Translations under genes and position numbers: made by a program
Shown here: positions 1 to 8,020 of the stretch, piece by piece
Position numbering within the stretch: the first letter of the stretch is position 1
How the letters are laid out: each line of letters begins with the position of its first letter
NCBI GenBank assembly: GCA_965221125.1
Contig: CBDCRW010000007.1
Coordinates: forward strand, 800,001 to 864,000
DNA: 64,000 nucleotides
Direction of reading: 5' to 3'
Origin: Alphaproteobacteria bacterium
GTDB taxonomy: Bacteria; Pseudomonadota; Alphaproteobacteria; UBA828
The notes under the pieces: model-generated
Databases searched by the model: none
Seen by the model: only the letters and a program-made list of their open reading frames with translations
What the model was told of the DNA's origin: nothing

Positions 1-752
1 CGGGCGGTCGCAAGGTGATCGCGCCCGGCGTGGCCCACGCCGAGACCATCACCACCTTCCACAGCGCGCGCTTCATGGAGCATCCCAACTGCACCAACTG
101 CGTGCTGGAAGGCAATCCGCTGCACGAGGAGCAGCTGGAGATCATGGCGATGATCGGCGGCGCGCGGGCTGTCAACAGCGTGATCGACGACGAGCGCCGC
201 ATCGCCTTCCTCAACTACGGCGAGGTCGTGGCGAGCCACGCGGGCGCGGTCTCCTTCGCGGAGCAGTACTGCACCGTTCCCGTGGGCGAGCGCTTCAGGA
301 CCGTGCTCACCAGCGCCGCCGGCTATCCGCTCGATGCGACCTACTATCAGACCGTGAAGGGCATGGTCGGCCCGCTCGAAATCCTGGAGCCCGGCGGCGA
401 CCTCATCGTCGCTTCGGCATGCTCCGAGGGCCTCGGCTCGCCCCACTACGCAGACGCGCAGCGCCGCCTGGTGGAGAACGGGCCGGACCGCTTCCTCGAC
501 GAGATCAGCGCCAAGACCTACGCCGCGATCGACGAGTGGCAGACCGAGATGCAGCTCCGCCCCATGCGGGCCGGCACGGTTCACCTCTACACCGACGGCC
601 TCGCGCCCGCGGACCGCGCGCTCACCGGCGTCAACATGACCGAGTCGCTCGCCGATGCGGTGGCAAAGAGCGCCGCCCGCCACGGCGATACCCGCGTGGC
701 CGTGATCCCGGAAGGCCCCTACGTGGTGCCGGTCCACCGTCCGTCTGCATAG
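1..752 (+). CDS. Nickel-pincer-dependent lactate racemase (LarA) superfamily protein, 5' partial
   Basis: Frame open from base 3: GGRKVIAPGVA, GNPLHEE, SAAGYPLDATYYQTVKGM, CSEGLG, DEWQ and C-terminal VIPEGPY match LarA-family motifs. The true start is upstream of the window and the substrate is unknown. Confidence 0.85.
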   Translation, partial: GGRKVIAPGVAHAETITTFHSARFMEHPNCTNCVLEGNPLHEEQLEIMAMIGGARAVNSVIDDERRIAFLNYGEVVASHAGAVSFAEQYCTVPVGERFRTVLTSAAGYPLDATYYQTVKGMVGPLEILEPGGDLIVASACSEGLGSPHYADAQRRLVENGPDRFLDEISAKTYAAIDEWQTEMQLRPMRAGTVHLYTDGLAPADRALTGVNMTESLADAVAKSAARHGDTRVAVIPEGPYVVPVHRPSA

Positions 753-866
753 CTCTGCAGCCCTTCCCATCTGCCAAGCCAGCCGCACCCTTGGCGCAGC
801 GCGAATCCAGGGGTACGTTTCCCGTCATGCGGCCGGGTTCGGCCGACCGATTGCGCGGAGGACGTT

Positions 867-2702
867 ATGGCTTGGCAAGGCAGACTGTTACGCGTTGACC
901 TCACCGCCGGCACTTGCACGGAAGAGGCACTCAACATGGAGTGGGCGCAGGACTACCTGGGCAGCAGGGGCCTTGCCACCAAGTATCTGGTGGAGGAGAT
1001 GGACCCGAAGGCGGACGCGCTCTCGCCCGAGAACGTCCTGATCTTCGCGACCGGCCCGCTGACCGGGACCACGGCGCCGACCGGCGGGCGCTACACGGTC
1101 GTCACCAAGGGCGCGCTGACCAATGCCGCCGCCAGCTCGAACTCGGGCGGCTACTTCGGGGGCGAGCTGAAGCTCGCCGGCTGGGACATGGTGATTTGCC
1201 AGGGCCGCTCGCCGCGCCCGGTCTACCTCTACATCAAGGACGACCACGCCGAGCTGATCGACGCCGAGGGCTTCATCTGGGGCAAGTCGGTCTGGGATAC
1301 CGAGCCGGCGATCAAGGCGCGCCATCAGGACGGCGCCATCAAGATCGCCTCCATCGGCCGGGCCGGCGAGAACCTCAACCGCTACGCCTGCGTGATGAAC
1401 GACCTCGACCGGGCCGCCGGGCGCTCCGGCGTCGGCGCGGTCATGGGGTCCAAGAACCTGAAGGCGATCGCCGTGCGCGGCACGCGGGGCGTCGCCGTGA
1501 ACGATTCCAAGGCCTTCGCGGAGGCGGTGGAGCACGCCGCAAACGAGCTCCTGGTGAACCAGACGCGCAAGGACCTCACGCGCACCGGCACGCTCTCGAT
1601 GATCGACGTGACCCAGGCCTTCGGCAGCCTGCCGACCCGCAACAACCAGGATGTGCAGTTCGAGGGCACAAGCAACCTCGGCCCTGCCGCAATGACGAAG
1701 GTGCGGCGCTCCGACGGCTCCGCCAATCTGGTCAAGAACCGCGCCTGCTTCGCCTGTACCATCGGCTGCCAGCGCGCATCGAAGATGGATCCCACGCATT
1801 TCGCGGCCAAGGGCGAGGGCAGGGAGCGCTACAGGAGCGTGAGCGGCGGGCTTGAGTACGAATCGGCCTATTCGCTCGGCCCCATGGTGGGCGTGGACGA
1901 TATCGAGGCGGCGACCTTCGCCAACTTCGTCTGCAACGAGGACGGAATGGACCCGATCTCCTTCGGCGCCACCGTCGCGGCGGCGATGGAGCTCTACGAG
2001 GAGGGCGTCATCACCGACGCCGAGACCGGCGGCGTCGCCTACACCTTCGGCTCGGCCGAGGCGCTCTGCCGGGCGGCGGAGGAAGCCGGCACGGGCACCG
2101 GCTTCGGCAAGGATCTAGGCCTCGGCTCCAAGCGGCTCTGCGAGAAGTATGGCCGCCCCGAGCTCGCCATGGTTGCCAAGGGGCAGGAGTTCCCGGGCTA
2201 CGACGGCCGCTCGATGCAGGGCATGGGCTTGGCCTACGCCACCAGCAACCGCGGCGCCTGCCACCTGCGCGCCGACCCCTACGAGGACGACTTCTCCGGC
2301 GGCAAGCTGGAGGGCAAGGCCAAGATCGTGAAGGACACGCAGGATTCAAACGCAGCCATCGATTCGGTCGGCATCTGCGCCTTCCCGATGATGGTCTGGG
2401 GTCTCGATGAGGTCGCCAGTCTGGTGAATGCGGGCTGCGAGGGCGAGTGGACCGTGGACCGCCTGAACGAGACCGGCGAGCGCATCTGGAACATGGAGCG
2501 CCAATTCAACCTCGACGCCGGCTTGACCGCCGCCGACGACACGCTGCCGCATCGCATCCTCAAGGAGGCGGCGAAGAGCGGCTCCGGCAAGGGCAAGGTC
2601 TGCGAGCTCGACACCATGCTGCCGCAGTACTATGAGCTGCGAGGCTGGACGGCGGACGGGCGGCCCAAGGCGGAGACGATGCAGCGCCTCGGCCTCGCAT
2701 GA
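867..2702 (+). CDS. aor: Aldehyde:ferredoxin oxidoreductase family protein (tungstopterin, AorB-like)
   Basis: 611 aa with LLRVDL, YLGSRGLA, GPLTGT, AAGRSGVGAVMGSKNLKAI, CxxCxxxC (CFACTIGC), GLEYE and SNRGACHL. GGAGG SD at 857-861. Confidence 0.92.
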   Translation: MAWQGRLLRVDLTAGTCTEEALNMEWAQDYLGSRGLATKYLVEEMDPKADALSPENVLIFATGPLTGTTAPTGGRYTVVTKGALTNAAASSNSGGYFGGELKLAGWDMVICQGRSPRPVYLYIKDDHAELIDAEGFIWGKSVWDTEPAIKARHQDGAIKIASIGRAGENLNRYACVMNDLDRAAGRSGVGAVMGSKNLKAIAVRGTRGVAVNDSKAFAEAVEHAANELLVNQTRKDLTRTGTLSMIDVTQAFGSLPTRNNQDVQFEGTSNLGPAAMTKVRRSDGSANLVKNRACFACTIGCQRASKMDPTHFAAKGEGRERYRSVSGGLEYESAYSLGPMVGVDDIEAATFANFVCNEDGMDPISFGATVAAAMELYEEGVITDAETGGVAYTFGSAEALCRAAEEAGTGTGFGKDLGLGSKRLCEKYGRPELAMVAKGQEFPGYDGRSMQGMGLAYATSNRGACHLRADPYEDDFSGGKLEGKAKIVKDTQDSNAAIDSVGICAFPMMVWGLDEVASLVNAGCEGEWTVDRLNETGERIWNMERQFNLDAGLTAADDTLPHRILKEAAKSGSGKGKVCELDTMLPQYYELRGWTADGRPKAETMQRLGLA

Positions 2703-2959
2703 AGGTGACGGTGGAGCTCATCGCCATCGAGCTCCCCGAATTCGGCAGCGCGAAGAGCCGCGAACTCGATCTGCAGGCGCGCGCGAACCTGGCGGATGCG
2801 CTCTCCGGCCTCGGCGTGGGTAGCGACCCGGCGATTCTCGCCATGGTGAACGGCGAGGCCGTGCCACGCGATCAGTGGCCCGAGACGCCGCTCTCGGCAA
2901 ACGACACAATCAGTCTCTTCCGGCCGTTCAAGGGGGGAGGGCTAGAATCCCGCCCATAA
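2699..2959 (+). CDS. MoaD/ThiS-family sulfur carrier protein with atypical extension after the di-glycine
   Basis: ATGA overlap with aor stop. VNG...L...DTISLF...GG pattern; ends FKGGGLESRP rather than GG-stop. Confidence 0.75.
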   Translation: MKVTVELIAIELPEFGSAKSRELDLQARANLADALSGLGVGSDPAILAMVNGEAVPRDQWPETPLSANDTISLFRPFKGGGLESRP

Positions 2960-4448
2960 CACTACTTTTGGGCTCCTGCAGTATGAACACCCCCGTCATG
3001 TTCGGTCGATTACGACGGTAAGCGCTCAACTCCTTACATCATCCAGGACGGACAACTCCTACATCAACTCTCTCTTTACCATATTGCAACACCAAGTCAT
3101 TCCTCCATAACTCTTACTTCTCTATGCGAAGTACAAAATCAAAATTTGGCGTGTTATGTTGAATTGCAAACTCAAATCGTCGGATAAGATGAGCATCGAA
3201 ACACATCATCCGCGTAGACGTTTTTGCATGCCGTTCCAACATTTGTGCTGCCTGTACCATGCGAAATAATTGCTTTAGGTCGAGTATCTGTAATAGACCA
3301 CTAGTTTTTCGACAAAACTCTCGCAAATACCTCGAACCAAATTCCTCCGCTTGGTCGAGCAACGTTAGATCCGGAACAAGAATTATTGCATGTGGCGGAA
3401 CGTCGCGCTCAACATTCAGTAAGTTTCCCTTCGTATCTGCAATGGGATAGCCTTGCTTCATACTGCGTATTGCGCCAGACAGTTGTTTCGATGCCTTGGC
3501 AATCTGCTTTTTTAAATTTGCGGATAGCTTGCTTCGTGTCGGCAACCGTTGTCTTGATAGTATCGCTAGAGTCTTTGATTCAAACAACACTGACCCATAA
3601 GAATGACTAAGCAAGAGGTCGCATAGTTCTCGCGACCCCGAATTCATGTAAACAGTAGGATTTTTCGCTGCTCCTTGCGGATTCAACTCGTCAATCAACC
3701 AAAAGGCGGTTTCCTCCTGTTGGCCGCCTTCATCAGGTTCAAATGCTGAGATTCGGCTTATTATTGCCTGACTGCTGATGTACCAATTGACTATTTCGTT
3801 CCACTCCTTAACTTGAACAACTTTCAATATGTGCTCTTCACTTTTTTGTTTGTCGGTGATCCAGTCGTCTAATCTAAGTGACACATACTTGGTTATTTCA
3901 GTGTCTTGTGACGAACAAAGATGGGCGGAATGAATCCAATCCATTAGAGGCGCTGCACACAAATTAGAGTCGCTTCGTGCCCAAGATGCATTTACAACAA
4001 GTTCGTTGAATAGGAACGTTACAAAATTGGGCGTAAAAATCATCGATCGAAGTGCAGATCTTTCATCCTCTGACTCCATCATGGACCAAACAACAGCGGG
4101 GTAGCTTGGATCGTCTTCGATTTTGATCCCATAACCCAGACAATTACGCGGAGTGCGAAAGAAGGGTAGGGTAAGGGTGTCAGCTTGACTAATATATCTG
4201 AGTAGCAATGTTGATGCCTTAATGAGAAAGGTCGGTTCAAGGCCATCTGCGCCGGTTGCCAAAGTTGCTCTTACAAGCTGAGGTACAGCCAAAAACTCCG
4301 CGTGATGGCGCTGTGAAAGAACATGCATCTCCGTCTCCTTAGCTCAATCGACCGGCCAAGTCGGAATTGGACGATGCCATTCGGAACGAGGATCGGCGTT
4401 AGAGTACCCAAAATCAATACGAGGTGTCTCAAGAAACAGCGAGTTTAG
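2960..4448. mobile_element. Low-GC horizontally acquired islet with no mobility gene
   Basis: Abrupt drop in GC (20/60 G+C in 3121-3180) between convergent GC-rich genes. No transposase, integrase or clear terminal repeats seen. Confidence 0.65.
3114..4328 (-). CDS. Hypothetical protein with C-terminal PD-(D/E)xK/NERD-like nuclease motif
   Basis: 404-aa ORF in AT-rich DNA with a GGAG SD upstream. Motif QQEE...RELCDLLL...VLFESK...KASKQLSGAIR. The ORF is well supported; the nuclease call is inference. Confidence 0.6.
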   Translation of the reverse strand: MHVLSQRHHAEFLAVPQLVRATLATGADGLEPTFLIKASTLLLRYISQADTLTLPFFRTPRNCLGYGIKIEDDPSYPAVVWSMMESEDERSALRSMIFTPNFVTFLFNELVVNASWARSDSNLCAAPLMDWIHSAHLCSSQDTEITKYVSLRLDDWITDKQKSEEHILKVVQVKEWNEIVNWYISSQAIISRISAFEPDEGGQQEETAFWLIDELNPQGAAKNPTVYMNSGSRELCDLLLSHSYGSVLFESKTLAILSRQRLPTRSKLSANLKKQIAKASKQLSGAIRSMKQGYPIADTKGNLLNVERDVPPHAIILVPDLTLLDQAEEFGSRYLREFCRKTSGLLQILDLKQLFRMVQAAQMLERHAKTSTRMMCFDAHLIRRFEFAIQHNTPNFDFVLRIEK

Positions 4449-4940
4449 TCAGATGCTGGTTTGCGTAGGAGTCAGAGACCGCACCGCCTCCAGCACCTTC
4501 TCCACGTGGCCGGCGACCTTCACCTTGCGCCAGACCTTGCTGACATTGCCATCGGCGTCGATCAGGAAGGTCGCGCGCTCGATGCCCATGAAGGTCTTGC
4601 CGTAGTTCTTCTTCTCGACCCAGACGCCGTAGCGTTCGCAGATGTCGCTCTCGGCATCCGAGACGAGGGTGAAGGGGAGGTCGTACTTCTCCCGGAACTT
4701 GTCGTGCTTGGCGGCGGTATCCTTGGAGACGCCGACAATCACCGCGCCGGCGGCCGCGAATTCCGGCAGGGCCTCGGTGAACTCCTGCGCCTCGCGCGTG
4801 CACCCCGGCGTGTCGTCACGCGGGTAGAAGTAGAGCACGACCGCCTTGCCGCGCAGGTCTTCGAGGCAGAGCGAGCCGCCGTCGTTGGTGGGTGCCGTGA
4901 ATCCCGGCGCCGGGTTGCCGGCAGCGATCGTCGTGCTCAT
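4449..4940 (-). CDS. bcp: Peroxiredoxin Bcp/PrxQ
   Basis: VVLYFYPRDDTPGCTREA and KNYGKTFMGIERATFLID. Start reassigned to ATG 4940 (MSTTIAAGNPAP), just after the glnE stop. Confidence 0.93.
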   Translation of the reverse strand: MSTTIAAGNPAPGFTAPTNDGGSLCLEDLRGKAVVLYFYPRDDTPGCTREAQEFTEALPEFAAAGAVIVGVSKDTAAKHDKFREKYDLPFTLVSDAESDICERYGVWVEKKNYGKTFMGIERATFLIDADGNVSKVWRKVKVAGHVEKVLEAVRSLTPTQTSI

Positions 4941-4953
4941 GTCGGGTCTCCTC

Positions 4954-7923
4954 TCACTCCTTGTTGAGCGCCTCAGCGGGGGCCGCGATGAGGCGTCGAT
5001 AGGCGGCGCGGACGCGATCCTGGCTGCCGACGATCCTCTTCTCAAGGGAGGAAAAGTCTTCCATCGCCATCGCCCGCGCCAGCGTCTCCCGCACGCCCGG
5101 CGTGAAGCGCTCCACGTCTCGATTATGGCCGACGGTGAGACGGAGCAGGCCCTGGAGGCGCTGCAGAAAGGCGGCGCTATCGGCAAGCTCGGCCGCGTCG
5201 TCGGAGTCGAGAATGCCGGCCTCACCCAGCCGCCGGAACGCCGAAGGCGTCGACTGAACGAGAATCGACGGGTGCCGCGCGGCGTGCCGCAGCAGGTGGT
5301 ACTGGGCGATGAATTCGAGATCGAGAACGCCGCCCCGCACATGCTTGAGCCGCCACCTGTTCTCGGTCTTGCGTTCTTTGTCGACCCGTTCCCGCATCGA
5401 CGCGACATCCGCGAGCAGGGTGTCCGCGTCCCGGGGCGCGCAGAGGACCGCTCGAATGCCCTCCATCACGGTTGCGCAAAGCTCCCGGTCGCCCGCCACC
5501 GGCCTCGCGCGGGTGAGCGCCATGTGCTCCCAGGTCCACGCGTCCTGTTCGTGATAGCGGCGAAAGGCAGAAGCTTCGGTGGCGATCGGGCCCGAGCTGC
5601 CGGAGGGGCGCAGCCGCGTGTCGATTTCGTAGAGGCGCCCCTCGGCAGTGTGCGCGCTGAGGGCATGTGTCAGGCGCTGGCTGAAGCGGGCGAAGTAGTG
5701 GCTGGCCGCGAGCCCCTGAGCGCCGTCGGATTGCGCGTCCACCCCGTCGGGCGCGCCATAGACGAAGACCACGTCGAGGTCGCTGTCGAAGGTCATCTCG
5801 CGACTGCCGAGCTTGCCCAGGCCGAGGACCGCGAACGATGCGCCCGGCACGGCGCCGTGACGCCGCGCGAATTCATGCTGCACCTGGGGCAGCAGAGTCG
5901 CGATCGCCGTATCGGCGATGTCCGAGAGAGCGCCGGACAGCCTGTCGGCCGCCACGTCGCCGCGCAGGATCTGCATGCCGACCTGGAACTCGCGCTGGTG
6001 TTGCCAGCGTCTCACGTCGTCGAGCACGGCTTGTCCATCGGCGGCGGGAGCGAGGGTCCGTTGAAGATCGTCACGCAGCTCGTCCCGATCCGGCAGGCGT
6101 TCGTGAAGCTCGCCGCTCACGAGGCCTTCGAGCAGGTCCGGGCTGCGACTCAGGTGCTCGGCGATGCGCGGCGCGCTGCCCAGGATTTCCGCCAGCCGGT
6201 CGAGCAGGCCGGGATTGTCGTGAAGAAGCAGGAAGGGTTGCACACCGGACGGCAAGCCGCGCAGAAATTCGTCGAGCTTGCGGAACGCCGAGTCGGGATC
6301 GGCGGTGCCAGCCAGCGCGCGGAGGAGCGCCGGCATGAGTTCGGTCAGCAGTTCTCTGGCGCGCGTGCTGCGCGTGGCCATGATGCGGCCGTGGTGCCAG
6401 TGGCGCACCGTCGCCGAGACGGCGGTGGCATCGCCGAAGCCCATGCGCCGCAGGCTGGCCAGGGTATCGGGATCATCGGCGGTGCCGGTGAACACCAGGT
6501 TGCCGCCCTCCCCGCCGAGCGCGGGTTCGTCCTCGAAGAGGGCGGCATAGTGCTCCTCGACAGCGTGCGCGTGCGCGAGGAGCGCATCGGCCAGGCCGGC
6601 CTCGTCCTGGAAGCCCATGAGGCGGGCAACTGCGGTGCGGTTGTCCTCGTCGTCCGGTATCAGCAGGTCCGCTTCATCGTCGATCATCTCCAGCCGGTGT
6701 TCGAGCCGGCGGAGAAAGCGGTACGACTCGACCAGCTCGTCGACCGCCTCGCCGCTGGAGCGACTGGCAGCAGCAAGCGAGCGCAGGGCATCGCAGGTCG
6801 CGCGCACGCGTAGCGACGAATCGCGGCCGCCCCAGATCAACTGCTGCGTCTGTGCATAGAGTTCGATCTGGCGAATGCCGCCCCGGCCGCGCTCGATGTC
6901 GTGACCGGCGATGTCGATGGGGCGGCTGTCCGGCTCGACGGCGATCTGTCGCTTGATCGACTGAATGTCCTGGATGGCGGCAAAATCGAGATACTTGCGC
7001 CAGACGAAGGGCCGCAGTCGCTCCATCATGTCCGCGCCGACCGCTGGATCGCCGGCGACCGGGCGCGCCTTGATCATCGCGGCGCGCTCCCAGTTCTGGC
7101 CGTGACTCTCGTAGTACTGTTCCGCCGCCGCGATCGAGAGCGCCAGCGGTGTCGCGCCCATGTTGGGCCTGAATTTGAGATCGGTCCGATAGACGCAGCC
7201 GTCGTCGGTCCGTTCGCCGAGCAGGGTGGCGAGGTCACGAACGAGTCGGTGAAGTGTTTCCGTGGGCTCGCCCCGTCCCCGGTGCTGCACCCGCTCCGGG
7301 TCGAACAACACGAACAGGTTGAGCTGGCTCGAATAGGTGAGCTCGCCCGCGCCAAGCGCACCCACACCGAACACGGCAAGCCCGCACGCCAACGCCGGCT
7401 GATCGCGGTCCACGGGCACAAGGCTGCCGCGCGCGGCTGCCTCCTCGAGTAACTGGCCAAGTGCGCACGCAACGGCGGCATCGGCGAGCCGGGTCAGCGA
7501 CGCGGCTACCTCTTCATGCTGCCAGGCGCCGGCAATGTCGGCCAGCGCGACAGTAAGCGATGCCCGCCGCTTGGCCGCCCGGAGCCGCTGTTGCAGGGCA
7601 CGACGGCCATCGGGGCGATGCGCGATACCCGATATCTCTTCAAGTATGTCCGCTAACGCGGCGTTCGGGCCATGCTCGGCCGCCGCGCGGAGCTGGGCCG
7701 GTTCGCGGGCCAGCCACCGGCCGAGAGCGGGGCCGTTGCCGAACACGCCATCCATGAACGCTGAAGCGCGTCGATCGCCGACAAGCGCATTGGCGAAGGT
7801 TTCATCGGTGCCGCCGAGCGCCGCCGCCGCTGTCAGCCAGGCATCGCGCCCAGCGCGCGCGCGCGCGCCCGAGATCGGCTCGGGGCACATTGCGTCATCC
7901 TGAAGGAAAGGCAGAAGCGACAC
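4954..7923 (-). CDS. glnE: Glutamine synthetase adenylyltransferase/adenylyl-removing enzyme; N-terminal domain motif degenerate
   Basis: Two nucleotidyltransferase domains: YYESHGQNWERAAMIKAR, PFVWRKYLDFAAI, LRRLEHRL; C-domain GKLGSREMTFDSDLD, YEIDTRLRPSG, WTWEHMALTRAR. Confidence 0.93.
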   Translation of the reverse strand: MSLLPFLQDDAMCPEPISGARARAGRDAWLTAAAALGGTDETFANALVGDRRASAFMDGVFGNGPALGRWLAREPAQLRAAAEHGPNAALADILEEISGIAHRPDGRRALQQRLRAAKRRASLTVALADIAGAWQHEEVAASLTRLADAAVACALGQLLEEAAARGSLVPVDRDQPALACGLAVFGVGALGAGELTYSSQLNLFVLFDPERVQHRGRGEPTETLHRLVRDLATLLGERTDDGCVYRTDLKFRPNMGATPLALSIAAAEQYYESHGQNWERAAMIKARPVAGDPAVGADMMERLRPFVWRKYLDFAAIQDIQSIKRQIAVEPDSRPIDIAGHDIERGRGGIRQIELYAQTQQLIWGGRDSSLRVRATCDALRSLAAASRSSGEAVDELVESYRFLRRLEHRLEMIDDEADLLIPDDEDNRTAVARLMGFQDEAGLADALLAHAHAVEEHYAALFEDEPALGGEGGNLVFTGTADDPDTLASLRRMGFGDATAVSATVRHWHHGRIMATRSTRARELLTELMPALLRALAGTADPDSAFRKLDEFLRGLPSGVQPFLLLHDNPGLLDRLAEILGSAPRIAEHLSRSPDLLEGLVSGELHERLPDRDELRDDLQRTLAPAADGQAVLDDVRRWQHQREFQVGMQILRGDVAADRLSGALSDIADTAIATLLPQVQHEFARRHGAVPGASFAVLGLGKLGSREMTFDSDLDVVFVYGAPDGVDAQSDGAQGLAASHYFARFSQRLTHALSAHTAEGRLYEIDTRLRPSGSSGPIATEASAFRRYHEQDAWTWEHMALTRARPVAGDRELCATVMEGIRAVLCAPRDADTLLADVASMRERVDKERKTENRWRLKHVRGGVLDLEFIAQYHLLRHAARHPSILVQSTPSAFRRLGEAGILDSDDAAELADSAAFLQRLQGLLRLTVGHNRDVERFTPGVRETLARAMAMEDFSSLEKRIVGSQDRVRAAYRRLIAAPAEALNKE

Positions 7924-8020
7924 CGCGCGCCGATTGTATTACAACGATTGGCGCGAAGAATAGGCAAAGGGAGCAGGGGGAGCACCGGCGCGGCGGGGGA
8001 GCCGCCTCCGGTTGATCGAA

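Noticed and set aside
2960-4420. TTTTGGG / CCCAAAA as terminal inverted repeats of the AT-rich islet
   Set aside because: Only 7 bp match, there is no transposase, and no flanking duplication was seen.
4846-6813. 655-aa + strand ORF, and similar long ORFs at 19680-21305, 24229-26277, 26688-28328, 29513-31402 and 32775-35036
   Set aside because: Antisense shadows of well-supported genes, expected from GC-rich codon bias; no family motifs.
7934-7944. TTGTATTACAA near-palindrome between glnE and the AsmA-like gene
   Set aside because: Could be an operator or promoter element, but it is too short and single-copy to support a call.
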